From NCBI GenBank assembly GCA_963829065.1, contig CAWHHK010000015.1, positions 90,310-154,309 on the forward strand: 64,000 nt of DNA. The letters run 5' to 3'. Below are positions 43,505 through 53,568 of this stretch, piece after piece. Under the pieces are notes generated by a model that saw only the letters and a program-made list of their open reading frames with translations, was not told where the DNA came from and did not search any database. Position 1 is the first letter of the stretch. The number at the start of each line of letters is the position of its first letter. This DNA comes from an uncultured Gammaproteobacteria bacterium. Lineage in GTDB: Bacteria; Pseudomonadota; Gammaproteobacteria; Pseudomonadales; Azotimanducaceae. Made by a program: the position numbers and the translations under genes.

Positions 43505-43607
43505 CCGTATCCATCGAACCCGCTCCAATCGAGAAACGATAGGGAAGCGCCGACTTTGTCGGAATTCCCTCAGGCACACGGACGTGTCACTGAGTAGGAC
43601 TTAAGTC

Positions 43608-45441
43608 ATGGCACACGGTAAACACGACAATCTCTGGGCGGTTACGACGGGGCAACGCGCGCGTTACTCCGGCGCCATCGTCACGATGGCGGTCGCGAAC
43701 GTCTGCATGTTCGGCGCACCGCTGATCGCGAAGTACGCGATCGACGTCGTCGTTGCGAAAGACGTGACGCTCGGTACGCCGATGCTGGTCGCGCCCGCGC
43801 AGTGGCTCGAACACACGTTCGCGTCGCAGAACGCGTTCGCGTGGTATCTGCTGTTGTCCGCATTGCTCGCCGTGGCGGTGACCGGCGCTCGGCGGCATCT
43901 TCCAATACGTGCGGGGCCGCTGGTCGGCAATCGCATCGGAAGCGATCGTGCGCCGGCTGCGCGAAATGCTGTATCGCCATCTGCACGATCTGCGCGCGGG
44001 TTACTACGACGACGCCGACACCGGCGACCTGGTACAGCGCTGCAGTTCCGACGTCGAAACGCTGCGCGTGTTCCTGTCGAGCGACGTCGTCGAGATCGGC
44101 CGTTCGATCCTGCTCGTGCTGACGGTGACGCCGATCTTGTTCTGGCTCGACACGCGGCTCGCGTGGGTGTCGTTGTGCCTGATCCCGTTCATCGGGCTCT
44201 TTGCGTACATCTTCTTCCACAAGGTGCAGCAGGTATTCCAGGTCACCGACGAAGCGGAAGCCGCGATGACGGGCGTGTTGCAGGAGAACTTGACCGGCAT
44301 TCGCGTCGTGCGCGCGTTCGCGCGGCAAGAGTACGAAATCGCGAAGTTCGCCGAGAAGAACCGCATCCACCGCGACCTCAACAATCGGCTGATCACGCTG
44401 ATGGGCCGCTACTGGGGCACCGCCGATTTCTTCTCGCTGATGCAGATCGGACTCGTATTGCTGGCCGGTGCTTTCGCGATCATCGACCACCGCATTTCGG
44501 TCGGCACGCTGTTCGCGTTTCTGACCTACGAAGGCATGGTGATCTGGCCGGTGCGGCAGCTCGGTCGCGTGTTGACCGATTCGGGCAAAGCCGTCGTATC
44601 GCTCGGCCGCACGAACGAAATCCTGAGCCAGGCCGAAGAGACGCTGGAACCCACGCCAAGCAAGGGCCGCGCCGAGGGCGATGTGCGCATCGACCACCTG
44701 ACGTTCGGTTACGACGCTGCGCGTCCGGTCATCAAGGATTTTTCGCTGCACGTGCGCCCCGGCGAAACAGTGGCGTTCGTCGGCGCGCCGGGCTCCGGCA
44801 AATCGACGCTGATCCGCCTGCTGTTGCGGCTGTATCCGTATCAGCAAGGCTCGATCAAGTTGGACGGTCAGGAAGTCAGCGACGTCAACCGGCATTGGTT
44901 GCGCCATCAGATCGGTGTGGTGCTGCAGGATCCGTTTCTGTATTCGCGCAGCATCGCGGCGAACCTGAGGGTCGGCCGACCGGATGCGCCCGATGCCCAC
45001 CTCGAACAGGCCTGCGTCGACGCCGCGATCCACGAATCGGTCATGGAGTTGCCCGAACAGTATGAGGCGCTGGTGGGCGAGCGCGGCGTCACGTTGTCCG
45101 GCGGCCAGCGGCAGCGGCTCGCGCTCGCGCGCGCGTTGCTGAAGGATCCTCCGGTACTGGTGCTCGACGACTCGTTGTCGGCCGTCGACACCGGCACGGA
45201 AGGTTTGATTCTGAACGCGCTGCGCGCGCGGCGCGGCCGCCACACGACGCTGATCATCGCGCACCGGTTGTCGTCGGTAGTCGATGCCGACCGCATCGTC
45301 GTGCTCGAAGCGGGCCGCGCGGTGCAGATCGGCAGCCATGAGGAACTGTCGACGGTCGAGGGACCGTATCGGCATCTGTGTCAGATCCAGGGATCGCTCG
45401 ATGCGGAGATCCGCGTCGACGTGTCGAGAGCGGGAAGTTAG
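43608..45441 (+). pseudogene. ABC exporter, fused permease/ATPase (MsbA/ABCB type, first of a pair), one frame disruption near 43890
   Basis: N-terminal TM region in ORF 43608..45065. The remainder is in ORF 43909..45441 with Walker A GAPGSGKSTLI, LSGGQRQR and Walker B VLVLDDSLSAVD. Confidence 0.9.
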
Positions 45442-45444
45442 ATC

Positions 45445-47325
45445 ATGTACGACGACGATAACTACGACGACGGCTTCGACGAGGAAGCGCTCGCACGGCG
45501 GATGCGGCTGCATCTATGGCGCAAGCTGTTCGGCTACACGAAGCCGTATCGGCGCGAGCTGGTCATGCTCGGGTCTTTCGCGACGCTGACCGCGCTGATG
45601 GACGTGACGTTTCCGCTGATCACGCGCGGCGTGATCGACGCGGTCGATGCGCACGGTGCGGCCGTGAATCTCTGGCCCTATGCCGCCGCGTACATCGCGT
45701 GCACGACGGTGCTGGCGCTGTCGGTCGGCTGTTTCATCTGGGCCGGCGGCAAGATCCGCACGCACATCAGTCACGACATCCGCCGCGACGGCTTCGAGAA
45801 TCTGCAGCGGTTGTCGTTCTCGTTCTACGACCATCGTCCGGTCGGCTGGCTGATGGCGCGGATGACGTCCGACAGCGAGCGGCTGGCGAACATTCTCGCG
45901 TGGGCGTTCCTCGACATCATCTGGGGCGTCACGCTGATGCTCGGCATCGCCGTCGCGATGCTCGTGATGAACGTGAAGCTCGCGCTGCTCGCGCTCGCGG
46001 TCATTCCTTTCCTCGGCTGGGTCAGCGCGCGTTTCCAGAAACGCATGCTGCGCAGCGCGCGCGAAGTGCGCCGCACCAACTCGCGCATCACTGGCACGTA
46101 CAACGAAAGCATCATGGGCGTGCTGACCAGCAAAGCGTTCGTGCGCGAAAGCGAGAACCTGAACGACTTCAAGAAGCTCACCGGCAAGATGTACGACGCG
46201 TCGGTCGAGAACATGATCCAGGCCGCGCTGTACGTGCCGATCATCGTCACGCTGGCGAGTCTCTCCGTTGGGTTGACGCTTGCGGTCGGCGGTTTCGACC
46301 TCCTGCACGGCGTCATCAGCGTCGGCACGTTGGTCGCTTTCATGGCGTACGCGCGCAATTTCTTCGACCCGATCGAGCAACTCGGGCGGTGGTTCGCCGA
46401 GATGCAGATGGCGCAAGCCTCGGCCGAGCGGATCATCAGCCTGATCGACGCAGTGCCCGCAATCCGCGATTCGGACGACGTGATTGCAGCGACGGCGATG
46501 CAACGCAACCTGCCGGCGCGCCAATCGATCGGCGCCGACGGTGGACCGGCGCGCATCGAACGCATCGAGCTGAAAGACGTCTGCTTCGATTACGGCAATG
46601 GCCGCCGCGTGCTCGACCACGTCAACCTGACCGCGTCGCGCGGCGAGACGATCGCCATCGTCGGCGCCACCGGCGGCGGCAAAAGCACGCTCGTCAACGT
46701 CGTCTGCCGTTTCTACGAACCGACGCGCGGCGCGGTGCTGATCGACGGCATCGATTATCGCAAGCGCTCACTGCACTGGCTGCAATCGAACCTCGGCATC
46801 GTGTTGCAGAACGCACACGTGTTCAGCGGCTCGATTCTGGAGAACATCCGCTATGGCCGCCTCGATGCGACCGACGCGCAAGTGCACGACGCCGCGCGTC
46901 TGGCCGGCGCGCACGAGTTCATCACCGAACTCGCGCAAGGCTACCTGACTGATGTCGGCGAAGGTGGCGGACGGCTGTCCGCCGGACAGCGCCAGCTGGT
47001 GTCGTTCGCGCGCGCGATTCTCGCCGACCCGCAGATCCTCGTGATGGACGAGGCGACGTCATCGGTCGACACCGACACCGAGCAGCGCATTCAGCGCGGC
47101 ATGGCGAACGTGCTCGCGGGACGCATCAGTTTTGTGATCGCGCATCGGCTGTCGACGATCCGCAATGCGACGCGCATCGTCGTGATCGAGCACGGCCGCA
47201 TCGTCGAACATGGCTCGCATGCTGCGCTGGTCGCGCTACGCGGTCGCTACTTCGATTTGTACCGACAGCAGAGTCTCAGCGAATCGACGCGCGCGATCAC
47301 CGAGTTGCGGCCGCGGCTGGTGTAG
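45445..47325 (+). CDS. ABC exporter, fused permease/ATPase (second of the pair)
   Basis: Intact 626-aa ORF starting 4 nt after the partner stop. Has six-TM-type N-terminal half, Walker A GATGGGKSTLV, LSAGQRQL and Walker B ILVMDEATSSVD. Confidence 0.92.
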   Translation: MYDDDNYDDGFDEEALARRMRLHLWRKLFGYTKPYRRELVMLGSFATLTALMDVTFPLITRGVIDAVDAHGAAVNLWPYAAAYIACTTVLALSVGCFIWAGGKIRTHISHDIRRDGFENLQRLSFSFYDHRPVGWLMARMTSDSERLANILAWAFLDIIWGVTLMLGIAVAMLVMNVKLALLALAVIPFLGWVSARFQKRMLRSAREVRRTNSRITGTYNESIMGVLTSKAFVRESENLNDFKKLTGKMYDASVENMIQAALYVPIIVTLASLSVGLTLAVGGFDLLHGVISVGTLVAFMAYARNFFDPIEQLGRWFAEMQMAQASAERIISLIDAVPAIRDSDDVIAATAMQRNLPARQSIGADGGPARIERIELKDVCFDYGNGRRVLDHVNLTASRGETIAIVGATGGGKSTLVNVVCRFYEPTRGAVLIDGIDYRKRSLHWLQSNLGIVLQNAHVFSGSILENIRYGRLDATDAQVHDAARLAGAHEFITELAQGYLTDVGEGGGRLSAGQRQLVSFARAILADPQILVMDEATSSVDTDTEQRIQRGMANVLAGRISFVIAHRLSTIRNATRIVVIEHGRIVEHGSHAALVALRGRYFDLYRQQSLSESTRAITELRPRLV

Positions 47326-47522
47326 ATGCCAGGCGTTGCGGATGGCGGTGGTGCCAGGCGTTGCGTTCGTTGCGGATGGCGGTGGTGCCAGGCGTTGCGT
47401 TCGTTGCGGATGGCGCCAAGGCAGCTGTCGTTAGACGATGCAACTTGAGCCGCCATCTGCAACGAATGCATCGCCTGGCACCATCTTCGTCGCCATCTGC
47501 AAGGAATGCATCGCCTGGCACC
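47326..47522. repeat. REP/BIME-like cluster: ~2.5 direct copies of a ~34-nt unit followed by 2 inverted copies
   Basis: Direct units gtgccaggcgttgcgttcgttgcggatggcgg at 47351 and 47385, plus a shortened copy at 47326. Inverted units gccgccatctgcaacgaatgcatcgcctggcac at 47449 and gccatctgcaaggaatgcatcgcctggcac at 47492. The cluster lies between convergent genes. Confidence 0.8.
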
Positions 47523-47527
47523 GTGCT

Positions 47528-47944
47528 TCAACGATTGAGCTTGAACGAAACTCCGTAATCCCACAGGTTCGCGATGTGGGCCGCGTCCGTGCCGCCATCG
47601 GTGAAACGGTCGACCGCAAATGCGGTCGCGGTATCGGTTTTGAGGATGCGCCAGCCGTGCTGGTGCACGCAGTTGATCGCAATGCGCTCGGCGTCGGCGA
47701 AACGCTTGCCGAGCGCGAACACCGTGCAGTAACGAATGTTGTCGACCCACGCGTAGGCGTCGTAGCTGTGGCGGATCCGATAGATGAACAGGTAGACGTC
47801 ACCGTGCAGTTCCGTCTGCAGGTGCTTGTCCGTCTGCACGTTCTTGGCCCGCGGCGCGATGCCGCGCACCGTTTCGGCGCGCTCGAGAACCCGATCGTTG
47901 GCCGCGAGAGCCCGAGATTCGGTGACCCAGCCACGCGATGCCAT
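47528..47944 (-). CDS. Hypothetical protein (~138 aa)
   Basis: ORF 47528..48115. The ATG at 47944 has GGAGG 9 nt upstream. AT-richer than the neighbours. No family recognised. Confidence 0.5.
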   Translation of the reverse strand: MASRGWVTESRALAANDRVLERAETVRGIAPRAKNVQTDKHLQTELHGDVYLFIYRIRHSYDAYAWVDNIRYCTVFALGKRFADAERIAINCVHQHGWRILKTDTATAFAVDRFTDGGTDAAHIANLWDYGVSFKLNR

Positions 47945-47960
47945 GTTCGTCATCCTCCAA

Positions 47961-48958
47961 TCAGTCGTCTCGCATCCCTGATAGCAATTCGCGTGCCGTC
48001 CCCGAGTCGGTCGGAGTCGGATCGAGATAGACCTGCGCGAGTGCGTAGTCGTGCGATCCACGCTGCAGGTGTTGTCGCAGCAGCGCCAACGGAGCGGCCA
48101 ACGGCGTTTCGCCACGGCGGTAACCGTCGATTACTTCGACCAACTGGCGCCGGAGCGCGGCGTCGAGTTCGCCCGTGACGTACCCCGAGAGATGCTGCAG
48201 CACGTTTGCGTGACCGCCGCGCGTCGCCGGTTGCGCAAGACCGCCCATCAAGACGCTGGAGGTACGCGCTCGGCGCGTCGCGCGCACTTCGCCCGACAAA
48301 TCGGCGAGCAGACGCCCGGCCTGCTGGTAGTGAGAGATGCTGTGCGCCATCAGCAGATATTTGTACGCGCTGCCGAACGCGATGAGGCGCGCCGGCGTGA
48401 GTCCATCAGCAACGAGCGCGCGCCAGTGCGCGAACGCGAATACGCGCGCGACGAAACTCTCGCGCATGATCGGATCGTCGAGTCGGCCGCTGTCCTCCAC
48501 GGGGAGGTCCGGCATCGCGTTGACGATCTCGGCGGCGAATATGCCGCGACCGCTGCGACTCGGTGGCAAATTCGCGTCGCTGTAGACGTCGACGCCGTGC
48601 AGACCGCAGCTCGGCGAGTCGTGCATGAAGATGTAGCCGCACACGTCGGCCAGCGCCGGAACCGTCCGTTGCGCGAACTCGCGCAGCGCATCGGTCACGT
48701 CGATGCGGGGGTCGCCGACGTCGCGAGCGCGCGGCGCCGACACATTACCGACGAGGCGAATCGGTGCGCGCGGCACGCCCATGCCGATCGCAAGTTCGGG
48801 GCAGACGCCGCGCAGTTCGAACAAACCAGCCAACTTGGAGTGACACAGCGCCTCACGTTTGTGCCCACCGTCGTACCGCACCGCCGCGCCGGTCAAACAA
48901 TCGCTAACGGCGACAGGCAGGGGAGGCGGCGGGCGCGGTGGCAGCGCCGCACGATCAT
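47961..48958 (-). pseudogene. DUF523-DUF1722 fusion protein (YbgA/YbbK-like), probable frame disruption close to the start
   Basis: ..VSDCLTGAAVRYDGGHK.. (DUF523) and ..YKYLLMAHS...Y..LG.L.. (DUF1722) in ORF 47961..49148. The only plausible start is the ATG at 48958, which overlaps the upstream stop (ATGA) but lies in another frame. Confidence 0.65.
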
Positions 48959-49966
48959 GCGCCAACGACGAAGTCCCACAGTGCGTCCGCACCGCCGGCG
49001 GCGATCTGGCGGCCGATCCGCGTCTGCCAGTACGTCTCGCGCCCGTATTCGTCGCGCCACGCGAGCAGTCGGCGCGTGAAATGGTGCAGCTGATGTTCGT
49101 AAGTGAAGCCCATCGCGCCGTGCACCTGATGCGCGATCTCGGCCGCAATTCCGGCCGCCTCGCCGACCCGCGCTTTCGCTACCGCGACTTGCACCGCGAA
49201 GCGCGCCGTGTCGATCGCCGCGATCGCCGCATCGGTCGCCCGCAGCGCTGCGGCAACCTGACCGGCGAGCATCGCCAGATTGTGCTGGATCGCCTGAAAG
49301 CCCCCGATCGGCCGACCAAACTGTTTGCGCTGCTTCGCATAGTCGATCGTCAATTCCAATACGCGCTCGAGCGCGCCCGACATCTGCGCTGCGCGCGCGA
49401 GCGCCATCAGTTCGAATACTCTCGTGACATCCATCGATGTCGACGCGCCCGAGTACGGCGGAATCCCGAAGAATTTCACGCCATCGCGCGCCTCACCGGC
49501 GATGTTGGCGTGCTCGAAGATCTCGCATTCCGCCACGTCGAGCACGACGATCTCGAGCGGATCGCCGATCACATAGCAGACGCGTTCCATCGCCCGCGCC
49601 CACGGCACGGCTTGCAACTCGACGTTGACCTCCGCTGCCTTCGGCGCTCAACGAGTCCGCGATGCCGAGGCTGATGCGCCCGCCGCACTCGGCGCAGCCG
49701 GCGGCGTCGAGCAGATGATTCGCGATCAACATTTCCGCGAGCGGCAACGGCACCGCGTGACGGCCCGCAACGCGCAGCAGGCGCAGCGCGTCCTTGAGCG
49801 TGCCGCCCCCCGACGCCGTCGCCAGGTGCGGCAGTTCATTCGCCGCGATCAGTTCCCACAACTGCGTCGGATAGTGACCCTGCTCCGCGCGATCGAGCAG
49901 CGCTTTGTCGCAGTGATCGCGGAACATTTTCTGCGCGGTGTCGAGGATGAGTTGGGTCGTGTCCAC
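48955..49966 (-). pseudogene. Acyl-CoA dehydrogenase family protein (shorter partner subunit), one frame disruption near 49620
   Basis: GTG start overlaps the upstream stop by 1 nt. The N-terminal part is in ORF 49493..49966. The C-terminal part ..IDYAKQRKQFGRPIGGFQAIQHNLA...HGAMGFTYEHQLH.. is in ORF 48955..49617. Confidence 0.8.
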
Positions 49967-51102
49967 TAGCGCAGCCCCAGCCCGCGCGCGATCACGCCGC
50001 GCAGAATTTCGCGCGTGCCGCCGCGAATCGTGAACGCCGGCGCGTGCAACAGCGTCTGCGCGAGCGTCGCGCGAAACCGATGGTCGTCCGCCGCATGCGG
50101 CGCGGCCAGACGCGCGAGCTCCGGCAATTCTTTCTCGAAGTCGTTGCCGAGGGCTTTGACGAGCGCTGCTTCGACCGCGGGACTCGAGCCGGCTTGCAGC
50201 ATGCCGGCGACCGAAATCGACATCTGCCGCAGCGTCATCAGATTGCCCGCGAGCCGGCCAATGACGGCTGCGAGGTGGTCACTCGGCGCGGCCCCCGCGA
50301 GACGAACGAGCTCGACGAGCACGCGAAACGCCGACAGGAATCGCTCGGGACCGCTGCGCTCGTACGACAACTCGCTCGTCACCTGCTCCCAGCCGTTGCC
50401 GGGACGTCCGACGACCTGATCCGTCGGCACAAAACAGTCCGTGAACACGACCTCGTTGAAATCGGCGTCGCCCGCCATGTTCTTGATCGGGCGCACCTGC
50501 ACGCCGTCGCCGTGCAGGTCGATGATCAACTGCGTCAGTCCCTCGTGGCGGGACTCGCCCGGTGCGTCGGTGCGCACGAGCGCGATGATGAAATGATTGC
50601 GGTGCGCATCCGTCGTCCACACTTTCGTACCGTTGACGACGTAGCCGTCCCCCAACGCGCGCGCGCTGGTGCGTACCGACGCCAGGTCCGAACCCGAGTC
50701 CGGCTCGCTCATGCCGATCGAGAAATAGCTCTCACCGCGCGTGATCGGCGGCAGGAACCGCTCGCGCTGTGCGTCGGTGCCATAGCGCAGCAACAACGGT
50801 CCGCTCTGGCGGTCCGCGATCCAGTGCGCGCTGACCGGCGCGCCGGCCGCAAGCAACTCCTCGGTGACGACATAGCGCTCGAAAAAGCTGCGCTCGCCGC
50901 CACCGTAGCGGCGCGGCCACGTCATGCCGATCCACCCGCGGCGGCCCAGCGCCGCCGAAAATTGCGCATCGTGACCGTGGTTGAAATCGGAGTCGGGCAG
51001 CGCGTGCCGCGGCTGATGCTCGCGAAGGAATTCGCGCACGTCGGCGCGCAACGCCTCCGCTTCCGGCGGCAGACCAACATCATCGAAGCGAAGACCTTCC
51101 AC
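49966..51102 (-). CDS. Acyl-CoA dehydrogenase
   Basis: Intact 378-aa ORF. Contains ..GWIGMTWPRRYGG.., ..FSIGMSEPDSGSDLASV.., and the C-terminal ..FTIRGGTREILRGVIA... Confidence 0.88.
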   Translation of the reverse strand: MEGLRFDDVGLPPEAEALRADVREFLREHQPRHALPDSDFNHGHDAQFSAALGRRGWIGMTWPRRYGGGERSFFERYVVTEELLAAGAPVSAHWIADRQSGPLLLRYGTDAQRERFLPPITRGESYFSIGMSEPDSGSDLASVRTSARALGDGYVVNGTKVWTTDAHRNHFIIALVRTDAPGESRHEGLTQLIIDLHGDGVQVRPIKNMAGDADFNEVVFTDCFVPTDQVVGRPGNGWEQVTSELSYERSGPERFLSAFRVLVELVRLAGAAPSDHLAAVIGRLAGNLMTLRQMSISVAGMLQAGSSPAVEAALVKALGNDFEKELPELARLAAPHAADDHRFRATLAQTLLHAPAFTIRGGTREILRGVIARGLGLR

Positions 51103-51277
51103 CGCGCAGCGAGCCCCACAGAAAGTCGTTCGTCACGTTAGCGGCGTGCTCCGGCTATTGCAAACCACCGCCGTGCAAACCATGCGCCGAATGACGCGTC
51201 AGGCAATTGACCTGCGCTTTGGCTTGCGGCGACGACCGACGTCGCTAACATAGTTGCCCTGCCACAGAGACAGTGCC

Positions 51278-51826
51278 ATGTCGGACAAACCCAGTTATCT
51301 CGGCTTGCTGAACGCGATCGCCGTCAACGAGGCGCGCGGCCACGCGCTGTACGACGCCTGGGCTGCGACCACGCAGGATCCCGAACTCGCGCACACGTTG
51401 AAGACGGTGGCGATCCGCGAGTGCGAGCACGCCGCGGTTTTCACGAAGCGCCTTTGTGAACTTGGTTATGAAGTCCGCGACAAGCCGGCGGCGGAATACG
51501 AGGCGCGCCTTGCGACGCTGAAGTCCGAAAGCTCAGACATCGACAAATTCGAAAACGTGTTCGGCTTCGGTCGTGAATCTCCGAAGGCCGTCGAACGCGG
51601 TCTCGCCGAGATTTTCGACGACAAAACGATCGACCCCGTAACCGGCAGGTTGCTCGGCCGGTTCATCGCCGAGGAGCACGATTCGCGGCGCCGGCTGCAG
51701 GTCGCCTATGATCGCCTCAGAGGTACCGCGATCGACACCGCGACGCTCGATGAATTTTCGCAACGCCTCGAGCGGATCGCGCGGACGATTCGCGAGCTCA
51801 AGGCGACGCGCCAGACCCGGAATTGA
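51278..51826 (+). CDS. Ferritin-like / rubrerythrin-like four-helix-bundle protein (tentative)
   Basis: Intact ORF with ATG at 51278. Helical; E..H pairs (NEARGH, RECEH, AEEHD) suggest a di-iron-type bundle. This is a weak call. Confidence 0.45.
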   Translation: MSDKPSYLGLLNAIAVNEARGHALYDAWAATTQDPELAHTLKTVAIRECEHAAVFTKRLCELGYEVRDKPAAEYEARLATLKSESSDIDKFENVFGFGRESPKAVERGLAEIFDDKTIDPVTGRLLGRFIAEEHDSRRRLQVAYDRLRGTAIDTATLDEFSQRLERIARTIRELKATRQTRN

Positions 51827-51841
51827 TGCAGCCATGACGGA

Positions 51842-52237
51842 ATGAGCAACTTCGCTGCGCGTTTTGCGCCGGTGCTCGCTGAGATCGAGCGTCGTTGCAG
51901 CGTTGCCGGCGCCTTCGTCGACAAGGATCTGTATCGCGTCAACATCGCGACGCTGTGGGCGAACCTGGTCATCGATCCCGCCGACGCCGGGCTCACTGAC
52001 GACGACATCGAGCCGCTGCACGATCATCTGAACGCGGCCATCAAGCCCGTGCTCGGCAGCGATCAGACGCTGACCGAGTGTTTTCGCTTCATCAACAGCA
52101 AAGCCGGCGAGCAGGCGATGGAGCGGTGTCATCTGACCGCAACGCATCGGCAGATGCTGCTGTATTTCTGCTCGATGATTCTCGATCCGGCCGGCCACAA
52201 GCGCTGGAGCGAAGCGCAACGCAAACAACTGAAGTAG
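51842..52237 (+). CDS. Hypothetical protein (131 aa)
   Basis: Intact ORF between the ferritin-like gene and the P450 gene. No family recognised. Confidence 0.45.
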   Translation: MSNFAARFAPVLAEIERRCSVAGAFVDKDLYRVNIATLWANLVIDPADAGLTDDDIEPLHDHLNAAIKPVLGSDQTLTECFRFINSKAGEQAMERCHLTATHRQMLLYFCSMILDPAGHKRWSEAQRKQLK

Positions 52238-52261
52238 GCGTCAGCATCAGGTAGGTGAATC

Positions 52262-53526
52262 ATGAGCGAAACCCACGTCCAGTCAGACTCCGACTTTCCG
52301 GATCCGTACACGATTGCGCTCGCCGACATCGACGTCGCGCAACCCGAGCTGTTCCAACGCAACCTCCACTGGCGCTACTTCGAGCGACTGCGCGCGGAAG
52401 ACCCGGTGCATTACTGCGCGCACAGTCTGTTCGGGCCGTATTGGTCGGTGACGAAATTCAAAGACATCATGGAGGTCGACACGCATCACCAGGTGTACTC
52501 CTCCGAAGGCGGCATCACGCTCGGGCCGCCGATGGCGATGCAGGAATCGCAGATGATGCGCATGCCGATGTTCATCGCGATGGATCCGCCCAAACACGAT
52601 GTTCAGCGCGCGACCGTGAGTCCGGTCGTCGCACCGCGCAATCTCGCGACGCTCGAAAGTACGATCCGCGAACGCGCCGCCAAAATTCTCGACGCGCTGC
52701 CTCGCAATCAGACGTTCAACTGGGTCGAACGCGTCTCGATCGAACTCACGACGCAGATGCTCGCGACGTTGTTCGATTTTCCGTTCGAGGATCGCTACAA
52801 GCTGACGCGTTGGTCGGATGTCGCGACGGCGGCGCCCGGCGGCGGCGTCGTCGAGACGCGCGAACAACGCCGCGAAGAACTGATGGAGTGCCTCGCGTTA
52901 CTTCACGCGGCTTGTGGAACGAGCGCGTCAACGCACCGCCCGGTCACGACCTGATCTCAATGCTGGCGCACGGCGAGTCGACGCGGAACATGGCGCCGAT
53001 GGAGTATCTCGGCAACCTGATCCTGTTGATCGTCGGCGGCAACGACACGACCCGCAACTCGATCAGCGGCGGCGTGCTCGCGCTCAATCAGAATCCCGCC
53101 GAGTATCAGAAGCTGCGCGACGATCACACGCTGATCACGAACATGGTGTCGGAGATCATCCGTTGGCAGACACCGCTCGCGTATATGCGGCGCACGGCGC
53201 TCGTCGACACGGAACTCGGCGGCAAACGCATCAAGGCCGGCGACAAAGTGCTGATGTGGTACATCTCCGGCAACCGCGATGACACCGCGATCGACGCACC
53301 CGACGAGTTCCGGATCGACCGGCCGAAAGCGCGGCAACACCTCGCGTTCGGCTTCGGCATTCACCGCTGCATGGGCAATCGACTCGCCGAGATGCAGCTG
53401 CGCGTCGTGTGGGAAGAGATCATGAAGCGCTTCCGCCTCATCGAAGTCGTTGGCGAACCCCAGCGCACGTTCTCAGCGTTCGTCCACGGCTACACCGAAC
53501 TGCCGGTGAAGGTGCACGCGGCCTGA
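52262..53526 (+). pseudogene. Cytochrome P450, CYP153-like (terminal alkane/aliphatic hydroxylase type), one frame disruption near 52900
   Basis: N-terminal part is ORF 52262..52954. The C-terminal part, in ORF 52255..53526, has the I-helix NLILLIVGGNDTTRNS and the heme-binding loop FGFGIHRCMGNRLAE. Confidence 0.85.
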
Positions 53527-53568
53527 AACGCGTTTGTTTTGGGCGCATTTGTTTTCGTAAAGATAGGT

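Noticed and set aside
47326-47522. Short repeat cluster considered as a CRISPR array
   Set aside because: There are only 2-3 direct units, with essentially no unique spacers between them, followed by inverted copies. No cas genes are present. It fits a REP/BIME-type element instead.
53527-53568. Repeated tttgtttt motifs and the palindrome aaacgcgttt after the P450 stop, considered as a terminator
   Set aside because: The palindrome has no loop and only a 3-bp usable stem. No stable hairpin precedes the T-runs.
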